Source: a virus (Duplodnaviria; Caudoviricetes). From it: 64,000 nucleotides of DNA. This document shows positions 30,067 to 39,210 of this stretch, in pieces. The DNA lies in the IMG/VR virus record IMGVR_UViG_3300013212_000097, positions 1,888 to 65,887 of that record. One strand, given 5' to 3'. Every line of letters starts with the position of its first letter. Within the stretch, counting starts at the first letter, position 1. The notes under the pieces are model-generated. The model saw nothing but the letters and a program-made list of their open reading frames with translations, was not told the origin of the DNA and searched no databases. A program made the position numbers and the translations under genes.

Positions 30067-30216
30067 AATTTAATTATACCATGATAAAGCATAAAAGAAT
30101 TATTATGTTATGTTTAGAATATTATCATGGTTTCATGAAGGGTATTGATTCAATCTAAAAACAAAGGTGTCTTTTTGATGCCTTTATTTTTTTAAATCTG
30201 TAAGGTATAATCTCTC

Positions 30217-30981
30217 ATGCACGAATACAAAAATCTAGATTGCCTTGAATATCTAAAGACATTACCGGACAATTCTGTAGATCTAATTCTCACTGATCCG
30301 CCTTATTTCATTGGCTATGATGGTGGAAGAGGATGGGACAAACAATGGACTTCAGATGAAACCTATTTGATTTGGTGTCAATCATGGTCAAATGAATGTT
30401 CTAGGGTGCTTAAATCAAATAGAATGATGTGTGTGTTTGGTACTTTGAAATATAATACTTTCCTAAGATATAAACTAGAAATTCTTGACAAACTTCCTAA
30501 TTTTCATGCTCAAAATGAAATTATTTGGTCTTATAATTGGGGTGGAAGAAATAAAACTAATTTTTCTAGAAAGCATGAATATATTTGGTGCTACTCAAAA
30601 GAAAAAACTTTCTTATTCAATGATGATGCTGTGAGAAAAGAAAGAAAGCAAAAGATTAATATTCGTACAGGAGAAGAATATGATAAAGGCACTATTCCAA
30701 CTTGTGTTTGGGAAAAAAATAATCACACCACTTCAAAAGAATATTGTAACTGGCACCCAACACAAAAACCATTAGAGATTTTAGAAAGATTAATTAAAGC
30801 ATATACAAAAACTGGAGATGTTGTTTTAGATCTTTTTGCTGGTTCTGCATCTGTGATGATTGCATGTGAAAACAATGAAAGACTTTTTAAGGGATGTGAA
30901 ATGGACAATGAATATTATGAAAAATCCATTGCCAGATATACAACTCTTACTGGAAAAGGATTCAATATTAAAGAATCTTAA
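30217..30981 (+). CDS. DNA amino-methyltransferase (N6A/N4C, beta-class motif order)
   Basis: DPPY, HPTQKP, VLDLFAGS. Confidence 0.92.
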   Translation: MHEYKNLDCLEYLKTLPDNSVDLILTDPPYFIGYDGGRGWDKQWTSDETYLIWCQSWSNECSRVLKSNRMMCVFGTLKYNTFLRYKLEILDKLPNFHAQNEIIWSYNWGGRNKTNFSRKHEYIWCYSKEKTFLFNDDAVRKERKQKINIRTGEEYDKGTIPTCVWEKNNHTTSKEYCNWHPTQKPLEILERLIKAYTKTGDVVLDLFAGSASVMIACENNERLFKGCEMDNEYYEKSIARYTTLTGKGFNIKES

Positions 30982-31075
30982 TAGGAAATTATTAAGATAT
31001 ATTGTATTATATAATTAGAGCATTGAAGCCCTATTCTTTTTTGAATAGGGTTTTTTTATTTGGGGAGGTGTACTT

Positions 31076-31315
31076 ATGAAACTAAACTTTGAAAAAATTG
31101 GGTTTTATTTATTGTTGGTGTTAATCAGTGGTAGTATTGGATATGCTTTGAAACCCGCAGAGCAAGTTGATCAAAAAGAACTTGAAAGAAAATATCAAAA
31201 TCAACAACAAGTATGCACTGCTGCCATACACATGATGCAAGATTTTTCTAAAAAGAACTATTATCAGTCTAAGACTAAAAAAGAGTGGGCAATTGAAAGA
31301 ATGATGAGTAGATAA
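31076..31315 (+). CDS. Membrane-anchored hypothetical protein
   Basis: N-terminal hydrophobic segment; GGAGG RBS. Confidence 0.65.
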   Translation: MKLNFEKIGFYLLLVLISGSIGYALKPAEQVDQKELERKYQNQQQVCTAAIHMMQDFSKKNYYQSKTKKEWAIERMMSR

Positions 31316-31357
31316 AATAAAATTGACATGCAAGTGTAAGAGCGGTAATATTATTTC

Positions 31358-31585
31358 ATGAAAGAAAATCAATTAAAATTCTTGAGCTTTTTATGTTTAA
31401 TGTTAGGCTTCACTTCTATCATTGCTTCTATTGCAATTTGGTATCTCACTGGTGGCAAAACCCCTGAACTTCAAGCCCACGCAGAAAGATTTGGTATCTT
31501 TGTAGGTCTATGGGCACCTACTTTCATGATCTTATCTAATAGATTTGATCGATATGCAGAAAGTATAAATGAAAAATCAAGCTAA
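31358..31585 (+). CDS. Small two-helix membrane protein
   Basis: HAERFGIFVGLWAPTF. Confidence 0.7.
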   Translation: MKENQLKFLSFLCLMLGFTSIIASIAIWYLTGGKTPELQAHAERFGIFVGLWAPTFMILSNRFDRYAESINEKSS

Positions 31586-31682
31586 ATTAGTAAATTTCAT
31601 ATTTAGTTTTGTAGTTGCATTTGCGATTATCACAATTCTAAAAGTTGCATGTGATTAGAATTATGGTATAATAATTTTGTAG

Positions 31683-31756
31683 CGCGGGATGGAGCAGTTT
31701 GGTAGCTCGGTAGTCTCATAAATTACAGGTCGAGGGTTCGAATCCCTCTCCCGCAC
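31683..31756 (+). tRNA. tRNA-Met(CAT) with initiator-like acceptor stem
   Basis: CGCGGGA/TCCCGCA with C1:A72 mismatch; GTAGT-ctCATaa-ATTAC; GGTTCGAATCC; no encoded CCA. Confidence 0.88.
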
Positions 31757-31761
31757 GATGG

Positions 31762-32042
31762 TCCAACTTAGCTCAGCGGTAGAGCAATCGGCTGTAAACA
31801 GATAGCAGCTTATTAGAGTAATTTAATATAGAAAATTGTCGAAATTCAGTGAAAACTAAGTCGAAAGATATGTCAACACTGAGCCAAGCCTGTAAGGGAA
31901 GGTGCAGAGACTATAATGACGACATCCTACTAGGTAATGCTAAGGATGATGGTATAGTCCAGACTACAAACAGATTATCTGGTAGTGAAAACTATAGTAG
32001 TAAGTAACCGATCGGTCGCTGGTTCGATCCCAGCAGTTGGAG
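31762..32042 (+). tRNA. tRNA-Asn(GTT), intron-containing (exons 31762-31795 and 32005-32042)
   Basis: TCCAACT/AGTTGGA acceptor; spliced arm ATCGG-ctGT|Taa-CCGAT; GGTTCGATCCC. Confidence 0.9.
31796..32004 (+). ncRNA. Group I self-splicing intron, IC3-like, 209 nt, no ORF
   Basis: P1 GGCTGT/GCAGCT with U.G at the splice site; P4 TCAGTG/CACTGA; R GAAGGTGCAGAGACTA; P8 CATCCT/AGGATG; S GGTATAGTCC; terminal G. Confidence 0.92.
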
Positions 32043-32046
32043 TTTT

Positions 32047-32119
32047 GGTCTGTTAGTCGAGTGGTTAAGATGTCTCCCTTTCACGGAGAAGACCAGGGGT
32101 TCGATCCCCCTACAGACTA
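32047..32119 (+). tRNA. tRNA-Glu(TTC)
   Basis: TCTCC-ctTTCac-GGAGA; GGTTCGATCCC; GGTCTGT/ACAGACT. Confidence 0.92.
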
Positions 32120-32197
32120 TAATGACTCTTTTGCTTAATTGCAAAGGAGTTTTTTTATTTAAGTACGTATAATAATAATGGTGTTCAGTTCGAATGA

Positions 32198-32971
32198 ATG
32201 TCATTAGGAGAATTTATGAGAAATTGTTTAAAATGCAACAATAAAATTCCATTTAGTATGGTTATAGATGGAAAAGTAAGAAAATTTGATAAAAGAAAAT
32301 ATTGTTTGGATTGTTCACCTTTCGGATTACATAACACAAGAAGTTTGCAAAATGATGACACAAGAGTTGTTATGAAGATTTGTGAAATTTGTGAAAGAGA
32401 ATATCAAGGTGGACATAGAAAACATAAAGATAAATGTGGTAGATGCTATAGTTTAGCCTATAGGACTAAAACAAAAGAAAGAGCTATTGAATATAAAGGT
32501 GGAGCTTGTTCAGTTTGTGGTTATAAAAAATATATTGGCTCTTTGCATTTTCATCACGTATATCCAGAAACTAAATCATTTAATATCGGTGAAATTAATT
32601 TTAGAAAATTTGACCTTATTGTTGATGAATTAGATAAGTGCATTTTAGTGTGCTCTAACTGCCACGGAGAAATACACGCTGGGCTTGTTGATGCTAAAGA
32701 AATTTTTAATTTTCAACAAGCAACATTTCCAAAATATATTAAAGAAATAAAACCAGAAAAATTCTATCAACCCGTCATAAAAATCTCAAGAAGACCAGAT
32801 AAAGAAATTTTGCAAAAATTAGTCTGGGAAATGTCTTGTGTAAAGATTGGAGAAATGTATGGAGTAAGTGATAATGCTGTCAATAAATGGTGCAAAATCT
32901 ATGGTATTTCTAAACCTGGCAGAGGAGATTGGGAAAAACTTAAGGCTGGAAAAATTGACAAACCTGAATAA
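32198..32971 (+). CDS. Free-standing HNH homing-endonuclease-like protein with Zn ribbons and C-terminal HTH
   Basis: GGACSVCGY...LHFHH...CILVCSNCHGEIH; IGEMYGVSDNAVNKW. Confidence 0.85.
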   Translation: MSLGEFMRNCLKCNNKIPFSMVIDGKVRKFDKRKYCLDCSPFGLHNTRSLQNDDTRVVMKICEICEREYQGGHRKHKDKCGRCYSLAYRTKTKERAIEYKGGACSVCGYKKYIGSLHFHHVYPETKSFNIGEINFRKFDLIVDELDKCILVCSNCHGEIHAGLVDAKEIFNFQQATFPKYIKEIKPEKFYQPVIKISRRPDKEILQKLVWEMSCVKIGEMYGVSDNAVNKWCKIYGISKPGRGDWEKLKAGKIDKPE

Positions 32972-32982
32972 ATGGGTACAAT
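32955..32982 (+). promoter_or_regulatory. Sigma70-like promoter for tRNA-Gln/Thr
   Basis: TTGACA-16-TACAAT. Confidence 0.65.
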
Positions 32983-32998
32983 CTAAATGTAAGAATAT

Positions 32999-33070
32999 TC
33001 CCCTGTAGTGAAACTGGCATCACATCAGTTTTTGGAGCTGAAATTCCTTGATCGTACTGAGGCGGGGGAA
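32999..33070 (+). tRNA. tRNA-Gln(TTG) with atypical T-loop
   Basis: TCCCCTG/CGGGGGA; TCAGT-ttTTGga-GCTGA; T-loop ATCGTAC. Confidence 0.7.
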
Positions 33071-33082
33071 TCTTACTAATTT

Positions 33083-33156
33083 GCCTCTGTAGCTCAAAGG
33101 TATAGCAATGGTTTTGTAAACCATTTTAATTGCAAGTTTGATTCTTGTCGGAGACT
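33083..33156 (+). tRNA. tRNA-Thr(TGT), degenerate or pseudo
   Basis: ATGGT-ttTGTaa-ACCAT; acceptor mismatch; T-loop TTTGATT. Confidence 0.55.
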
Positions 33157-33179
33157 TCCTCTATTTATGGAAAAATACA

Positions 33180-33401
33180 ATGTCACTTAGCGAAGCTTTA
33201 ATTGATTTAAAACAAAATAAGATTATAAGAAGAATTCATTCAAACACTTCTTATAGCTTTGATGTTAATACCAAAAAGTTTGGTATGATGATAAAATACA
33301 ATGTTCACGAAGGTGTGAAGTATGATATCAAATATGCAGAACGAGATACTATTAGTTTTTATGCTGATGATCTTTTGGCTGACGATTGTATAGTAGAATA
33401 A
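33180..33401 (+). CDS. Divergent DUF2829/Tad2-like protein
   Basis: MSLSEALIDLKQNKIIRR...DDLLADDCIVE. Confidence 0.5.
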   Translation: MSLSEALIDLKQNKIIRRIHSNTSYSFDVNTKKFGMMIKYNVHEGVKYDIKYAERDTISFYADDLLADDCIVE

Positions 33402-33755
33402 ATGACAAAAGTACAAGCCGACGAAATTAAAAATAGAATAGAAGATATAAACAAAAGATATGCTCCTATTAAATTAAGATTTGGTATGTATCCAAGTCTT
33501 CATCCTTATGATGATGACAATTGGTTTGTAACTATAGTTTACAATTACACTGAAAATGAATGGATGACATTTTTTGGTATGATTCATAGTTACGCTCAAG
33601 TGATGGATCAACTTTCAGGATATGGGTTTGCAATGGAAGCAGTGCAAGCTTACAATGAAGAATATGGTTCATTAAATCTAGACAAAACTCCACCAAAAGA
33701 AAATGTTCAATCTGAAAGAGTTCCTGAGTCTGATGAATGGTGGCATCAGTCATAA
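33402..33755 (+). CDS. Hypothetical protein
   Basis: 117 aa ORF. Confidence 0.65.
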   Translation: MTKVQADEIKNRIEDINKRYAPIKLRFGMYPSLHPYDDDNWFVTIVYNYTENEWMTFFGMIHSYAQVMDQLSGYGFAMEAVQAYNEEYGSLNLDKTPPKENVQSERVPESDEWWHQS

Positions 33756-34071
33756 TGTGATATAATAAACATATGAACGAAACTATTTTATTATCAATTT
33801 TATTTGCTTTAGTAGCAATTTTATTCGTCATGTTATTTGTCATAATTTTTCAGATTAAAAAAATCTTGAAATCTTACGATAATAATTTTGAAACATTGAA
33901 TAAAAAGACAGCGAAAATTGTGGAGTAGATATGAATATTATTACTGCAACTTGGATTAACTGTTCTATTATTTTTGTATCTGTTATGGCATTTTCTCTCT
34001 ATATGAATTATCGTTTAAATAGATTGATTAAGATGTTGGACGGTTTGATTACAGATAGACCCGAATAAACT

Positions 34072-34389
34072 ATGAATGAACGCGAGTGGGTTGAAAAAAT
34101 TAAAAAAGAATGTGTATTGAATATTGGTAATTTTGACACTAAATATGCTATTCAATTAATTGGTAGATCTGGAAGTAAAATTGGAATTGTTTCTTTAAAT
34201 AAAAAATTCACAAGTGTGGATATTATTGACAAAGAAAAATATGAAAAGTTTTATGACAATTTCTATTCAAGAAATAATAAAGAAGCTCGTGTCCCATTAG
34301 TTATCGATTATCATTTACAACATACGATTGGTAAAAATGGTTTTAATGAACTTTGGAATTTTTACTACAAAAAAATAAAGCCAAAGTGA
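34072..34389 (+). CDS. Hypothetical protein
   Basis: 105 aa ORF. Confidence 0.6.
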   Translation: MNEREWVEKIKKECVLNIGNFDTKYAIQLIGRSGSKIGIVSLNKKFTSVDIIDKEKYEKFYDNFYSRNNKEARVPLVIDYHLQHTIGKNGFNELWNFYYKKIKPK

Positions 34390-34402
34390 AAAGGAAAATA
34401 TT

Positions 34403-34675
34403 ATGGATGTAACTACACAAATATTGACATGGATTCTTGTCCTGCTTATTGCATATGGTTGTGCAGTTTGGGCAAATAGAAAAGGTTATAGTTTTTGGAT
34501 TTGGTTGTTTGGTGGAAGTTTACTGGGAGCTGTAACTCTTTTATTCATGCCTAATGTAAATGATTTAGAAGAAGATAAACGAGCCAAGCAAATTAACACT
34601 GGAAATACTGCTGGAATTATATTAGCAGTTGCATCATTTGTTTGGGGATTCGCTCAAGGGGTTTACAAGCCTTAA
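34403..34675 (+). CDS. Small membrane protein
   Basis: Hydrophobic helices, A..KGYSF..W; AAGGA RBS. Confidence 0.7.
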   Translation: MDVTTQILTWILVLLIAYGCAVWANRKGYSFWIWLFGGSLLGAVTLLFMPNVNDLEEDKRAKQINTGNTAGIILAVASFVWGFAQGVYKP

Positions 34676-34676
34676 C

Positions 34677-34706
34677 AAAAAAGGGGAGATTTTCTCCCCT
34701 TTTTTT
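34677..34706. terminator. Bidirectional terminator
   Basis: AAAAAAGGGGAG-loop-CTCCCCTTTTTT. Confidence 0.85.
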
Positions 34707-35112
34707 AATCATCACATTCTATATAATATCCATCATCATCTGGAAGAGTTACATTATCTTCTATTTTTGCACTAAAAAAACAATATGACAAGCTTGAGTG
34801 AGCAATCAATAGTTTCATAAATGTTTCATATAAAGAAGAATCTGTGCAATAAGGTGTGTGAAATTGAAGTACTTTGTCATAATTTAAAAGAATAAATTGT
34901 TGATTATTAATACTCACAATATAAAATTTATTTAGACTTGTATCAACGGAAAATGCTTGAAGTCCTGGAACATTTTTCTTAAGCATTTCCCAATCTACTC
35001 CTAGATTGTTTTGAGCTGGAAAAATACTTCTTCCCCATTCTTTCAATGTGAAGATTTTTTCAATATCATATGAAGATTGTCTTGGTAAATTGTAAATATC
35101 TTTTATTTTCAT
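34705..35112 (-). CDS. Hypothetical protein
   Basis: Probable start MKIKDIY; the longer track ORF overlaps the tRNA-Arg promoter. Confidence 0.55.
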   Translation of the reverse strand: MKIKDIYNLPRQSSYDIEKIFTLKEWGRSIFPAQNNLGVDWEMLKKNVPGLQAFSVDTSLNKFYIVSINNQQFILLNYDKVLQFHTPYCTDSSLYETFMKLLIAHSSLSYCFFSAKIEDNVTLPDDDGYYIECDD

Positions 35113-35139
35113 TTCACTAATATTATACCTAAGAAGTGT

Positions 35140-35167
35140 TTGACATTGATGAAAAAGTTGGTATAAT
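35140..35167 (+). promoter_or_regulatory. Sigma70-like promoter for tRNA-Arg
   Basis: TTGACA-16-TATAAT with extended TG. Confidence 0.75.
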
Positions 35168-35201
35168 AGTTTTGTAAGTTGAAATGATGGCATTTGAATA
35201 T

Positions 35202-35275
35202 GCACCAGTAGCTCAGTTGGATAGAGTAGCAGGTTTCTACCCTGTTTGTCGGGGGTTCGAATCCCTCCTGGTGTA
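35202..35275 (+). tRNA. tRNA-Arg(TCT)
   Basis: GCACCAG/CTGGTGT; GCAGG-ttTCTac-CCTGT; GGTTCGAATCC. Confidence 0.93.
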
Positions 35276-35336
35276 TTATAATATCCCCTAATGAAAATTA
35301 GGGGATATTTTGTTTATGTTCTAGAATATATTCTTT

Positions 35337-35999
35337 ATGTGGTACAAAAAAGCTAAATTTGATTCTGAAATTGATAATATAAATAAAACAAATGATCCTG
35401 ATAGTCTCTATGGAGCAATGACAGGATATATTTTTTCAATCAAGCAAAAAACCTCTGATTTGCAAAAAATATCAGATGCACTTAGAAGTTATAAAAATAA
35501 GTTAGTTGTTGAAGGTAAATTCCCTACACAGGAAATTGAAGATGCCTATGATTCAATTGTTTATAGTGAAAATTTACCCTCAAATGATGAAAAGTCTGAG
35601 ACTATAAATGACACAGGTGATTTAAATTTTAAAAAACCACTTGAAGGTGAAATCACTTCAAATTTTGGACCTAGAGATGCTCCTATGGAAGGTGCATCTA
35701 AAAACCATCAAGGTCTTGATATTGATGGAGAAGAAGGCGATTATGTTGTAGCTTCTGAAAGTGGCACAGTTACGCATGCTGGTCCTAAAGGTAGCTATGG
35801 CAATTTGGTGATTATTGATCATGGTGGCGGTTATGAAACTTATTATGCACACTTGAGTAATGTTGATGTTCGTGTTGATGAAGAAGTGATGCAAGATAGA
35901 GTAATTGGAAAAGTAGGGAAAACAGGACGTGCTACAGGTTCACATCTACATTTTGAACTGCGAAAAAATGGAACACCCATTTCTCCACCTTTCAGCTAA
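35337..35999 (+). CDS. MWY-tagged M23 peptidase
   Basis: HQGLD, YGNLVIIDH, YAHL, ATGSHLHFE. Confidence 0.92.
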   Translation: MWYKKAKFDSEIDNINKTNDPDSLYGAMTGYIFSIKQKTSDLQKISDALRSYKNKLVVEGKFPTQEIEDAYDSIVYSENLPSNDEKSETINDTGDLNFKKPLEGEITSNFGPRDAPMEGASKNHQGLDIDGEEGDYVVASESGTVTHAGPKGSYGNLVIIDHGGGYETYYAHLSNVDVRVDEEVMQDRVIGKVGKTGRATGSHLHFELRKNGTPISPPFS

Positions 36000-36053
36000 T
36001 ACAATACCCCCTCTTGCAGGGGGTTTTTTCTTTTAAAATAGAATAATTGACTT

Positions 36054-36554
36054 ATGTGGTATAAATTTGCATCTCAGAGCTTAAATTTTGATAACGATCC
36101 AATAATTACAAGAATTGAGAAAATTAGTAATGAGATTGCTAGTGCTGCTCAATCAGTGTATGACAGCTGGGATCCAAATAATTACAATTCTGAAGAAGAA
36201 TATAGACATGCCTGGGGTGTTGGTGGAATTTGTAACGATATAGCTCAGAAAATAGCTGAGGTTGTTAATAAAGAATTTCCAGAATTTACAGTTCTCACTC
36301 AAAATTCAGAAGGCGAACATTGTAATCATGAATTTGTTCAACTTGTTATAACTTCCAATGAAGCGTTTGATTTTCCAGTTGATAGCGATGAAGAAGAGAT
36401 TGTTGATGTGTATGACATTGATATACCTTATTCATGTTATGAAATATGTAATAGTTATTATGAATTTACACGAATCAAAGATGTCAAACTTTCAGGTGAT
36501 AGTGTCAGTATTCATAAACATAGACAATATTTAGCAGATATAAGAGAGTATTAA
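36054..36554 (+). CDS. MWY-tagged protein, possible papain/transglutaminase-like fold
   Basis: GGICNDIA...H...DID gives Cys-His-Asp order. Confidence 0.45.
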   Translation: MWYKFASQSLNFDNDPIITRIEKISNEIASAAQSVYDSWDPNNYNSEEEYRHAWGVGGICNDIAQKIAEVVNKEFPEFTVLTQNSEGEHCNHEFVQLVITSNEAFDFPVDSDEEEIVDVYDIDIPYSCYEICNSYYEFTRIKDVKLSGDSVSIHKHRQYLADIREY

Positions 36555-36555
36555 G

Positions 36556-37065
36556 ATGTGGTATAGAATTGTTTTAGCAACATTTGGAATTCACCCTAAA
36601 GAAAAAGAAGCTGTTGAATTTTATGGAGTCACTGACAATCCACAACTTGCTGGTTATATCTTGAGTGATGGAAGATTTCTTGATTATTCTGAGGGAGGAT
36701 ATGAAAGATCTTTAGACCACAGAAATATTGAAAATATAATGGACGACCCCGAAGAATCCAAGGGCAGTAGATACAGTGATTACGTAGAACCATTCATGAA
36801 AATGACAGGAGCTATAAGAGCGTCAAATTATGGCTGTTGGGATTTAGATATTTTCACCCCACCAACAGCTGAACAAATGAGAACTATAGTAAGCCATCAT
36901 AATAAGGTATTTGACCGTCGTAATATGGATGGCGATGGCTATTTCCCAGATTTTCATATAAAGGTTGACCCATTAGGGATTAAAGAAACAATACCTAATG
37001 CAACAAAAGAAGCTGTAAGCAATAAGTTATTATCTATAAGGAACCAATTGCTAAATGTGGTATAG
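36556..37065 (+). CDS. MWY-tagged hypothetical protein
   Basis: AGYILSDG.FLDYS...DHRNI...GAIR...PT.EQ. Confidence 0.65.
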   Translation: MWYRIVLATFGIHPKEKEAVEFYGVTDNPQLAGYILSDGRFLDYSEGGYERSLDHRNIENIMDDPEESKGSRYSDYVEPFMKMTGAIRASNYGCWDLDIFTPPTAEQMRTIVSHHNKVFDRRNMDGDGYFPDFHIKVDPLGIKETIPNATKEAVSNKLLSIRNQLLNVV

Positions 37066-37382
37066 AATTTCTCAATCTTTGTTTAATCAAACTTCTGAAA
37101 TTAATGAAGAATGGTTGCAAAGACATCAAGTTCAAAAAGAGGGTGATAAATATGTTTTTTATCATGGCTCTAGAATTGATTTTAATGTATTCATTATTAG
37201 CCACCACACCTGAAGAAGCAACAGACTTTGGCGACACTAATTTTTTCAATGATAGAAGAAAATCTCTTATAATTTACAAAGTATTAGTTTCTCCTGAAGA
37301 AATAGTTCCTGGATATTGGGCATCATTAATTAACAATCATCCTGTAAGTGTTTTATATAAAATTAAAAAGAAAGTAAAATAA
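37055..37382 (+). pseudogene. Frameshifted MWY-tagged ADP-ribosyltransferase-like gene
   Basis: MWYRISQ...YVFYHGSRIDFN (stop at 37211) continues in another frame as YSLLATTPEEATDFG. Confidence 0.55.
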
Positions 37383-37383
37383 A

Positions 37384-39204
37384 ATGTGGTACAAACTTGC
37401 GCAAAATGTAGAGAGAGCTTACGAAACACTTAAAACTAAAGGTGTAAGCGAAGACACAATTAACAAACTTCAACAATTAACTGATATTCCCCTCAGAGGT
37501 AAATATATTGGCGCATTGATGCAAAACCCATCTATGCCTTGGAATGAGTTAGAAGAAAAATTTAGTCCTAAACAAGAAATGAAAGTGTCAATCCAAGAAA
37601 TCAGATACTTGTTTGATTTGAAAAGAATGCTCTCAGGTTCTTATTTGCCCGAAGAACCAAAAGCTAATTTTTATAGGTGGGTAGACAGAGTAGCTTTGCC
37701 TTCATATAGACCCAATCAGCATAATCCAGAAAATTACACTTATCCAAAATTTTCACAAATGCCAAATCCTATATATAGTATTCAAAGAGAATTAGATCAT
37801 GTATATGATTGGTATTGTGAATATATGGATGAAAATCCAAGATTCAACATTTTTTCTATGTCTCTTGATAATGCATTACAAGCAAGCGATGAATGGCATG
37901 AAGAACTTGCTAATCAAACAACTGGAAGTAAATTTACAAAAATTAAGAAACAAAATGGGAAGATTGTTGACCCCAATGTTGTAATGGTGTTTGATGAAGA
38001 CACAATCAACTCACTTGGATTATCAAAAGAATATGTTGATTGGATGATTGTAAAACTTACAGTTGAAACTGATTTCCGGTTAGAAGCTGGCATTATGGGT
38101 CACTGTTTAGGAACAAATAGATACTTTGATAAGTATGAAAAGGGTGGTTGTGAGATCTACTCATTAAGAGATGAATCAAATCAACCTCACACAACTATTG
38201 AAATTATACCACCTGACACTGTTGAACAAATACAGGGAAAAGGCGATAGAACACCAAAGTCTGATTATTTAAAATTAGTCCAACATTGGGTAATTGCAAA
38301 CAACTTCTATTCATCAAGCAAAGAACATGATCCTTATTTAGATTTTAGAACAGGTATGGGCGAAGAAAGAGCACTTGAAGCTATTTTTGAATATAGGAAT
38401 CCATATCATGATGAAGATGCAGTAGATCTTTTAGGCGTTCCAATCAGACCACCATCAATAAATGACGAAGATTTCTTAAGTGAATTCAACTTGGATCATT
38501 TTATTGATCAAGTTGGAGTTAATAATAATGGTCACTACAAAACTTATCAAGAAATTCCTGATGATGATAAATTTGATGAGTTGGTAAATTTTTTAGGCAA
38601 TTTATATATTGAACACGACATCAAGTTATTAAGAGAATATGCAAGTCAAACACGTCCTTTAGGAACTGAAAGAAAGGCAGTCGTAGATAAACTTAAAACT
38701 ATATATGTTAGAGATAATTTCGAATATGCATTGTCAAAAGAATTGGATTTTGTTAAAGATTATAGAGATGTTAAAGTTGATGATGAATTTGGTGCTGCAA
38801 AAGAAACGAATTTTACTAACAAAAGCCCTGATGAAATTAACCAGATAGCTCAACAACCTTTTATGAGAAAAGATGCAAGGGGTTATGGTGAATTACGTGA
38901 ATATGACGGAGTTTACGATGTATATCCAGTTCATTTCTATAATGCTTTGTATGATTATATCCGAAAAAATTTACCAAGAGAATTTTTTGATTTAGCTAAT
39001 AAACTTTCTTTGGGATTAGATTTGCCGAATATCACTTCAGATTATATAATTGAAAGAGAAAAACAATATATGGGTTCTTTGGGTAGAGGAGGCAGAAGAG
39101 GCAGACAATTAGCTTTATTTGACACTGAACTTAACATTCCAGATGAAGAAAAAGAATGGATTTATGCTTTCAATAATAAAAGACACAGATTGGCGAGAAA
39201 GTAA
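37384..39204 (+). CDS. MWY-tagged PcfJ-like domain protein
   Basis: E..IMGHCL...IYSLRD..NQPH.TIE...QIQGK. Confidence 0.7.
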   Translation: MWYKLAQNVERAYETLKTKGVSEDTINKLQQLTDIPLRGKYIGALMQNPSMPWNELEEKFSPKQEMKVSIQEIRYLFDLKRMLSGSYLPEEPKANFYRWVDRVALPSYRPNQHNPENYTYPKFSQMPNPIYSIQRELDHVYDWYCEYMDENPRFNIFSMSLDNALQASDEWHEELANQTTGSKFTKIKKQNGKIVDPNVVMVFDEDTINSLGLSKEYVDWMIVKLTVETDFRLEAGIMGHCLGTNRYFDKYEKGGCEIYSLRDESNQPHTTIEIIPPDTVEQIQGKGDRTPKSDYLKLVQHWVIANNFYSSSKEHDPYLDFRTGMGEERALEAIFEYRNPYHDEDAVDLLGVPIRPPSINDEDFLSEFNLDHFIDQVGVNNNGHYKTYQEIPDDDKFDELVNFLGNLYIEHDIKLLREYASQTRPLGTERKAVVDKLKTIYVRDNFEYALSKELDFVKDYRDVKVDDEFGAAKETNFTNKSPDEINQIAQQPFMRKDARGYGELREYDGVYDVYPVHFYNALYDYIRKNLPREFFDLANKLSLGLDLPNITSDYIIEREKQYMGSLGRGGRRGRQLALFDTELNIPDEEKEWIYAFNNKRHRLARK

Positions 39205-39210
39205 AATAAA

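Noticed and set aside
31762-31830. Uninterrupted tRNA-Tyr(GTA) read from CTGTAAA
   Set aside because: No matching 3' half nearby; the acceptor partner lies beyond the intron and splicing gives GTT.
31992-32204. 70-aa minus-strand ORF
   Set aside because: Antisense shadow of tRNA-Asn exon 2 and tRNA-Glu.
35202-35275. Amber suppressor tRNA (CTA appears in the loop)
   Set aside because: The 7-nt loop TTTCTAC centres on TCT, giving Arg.
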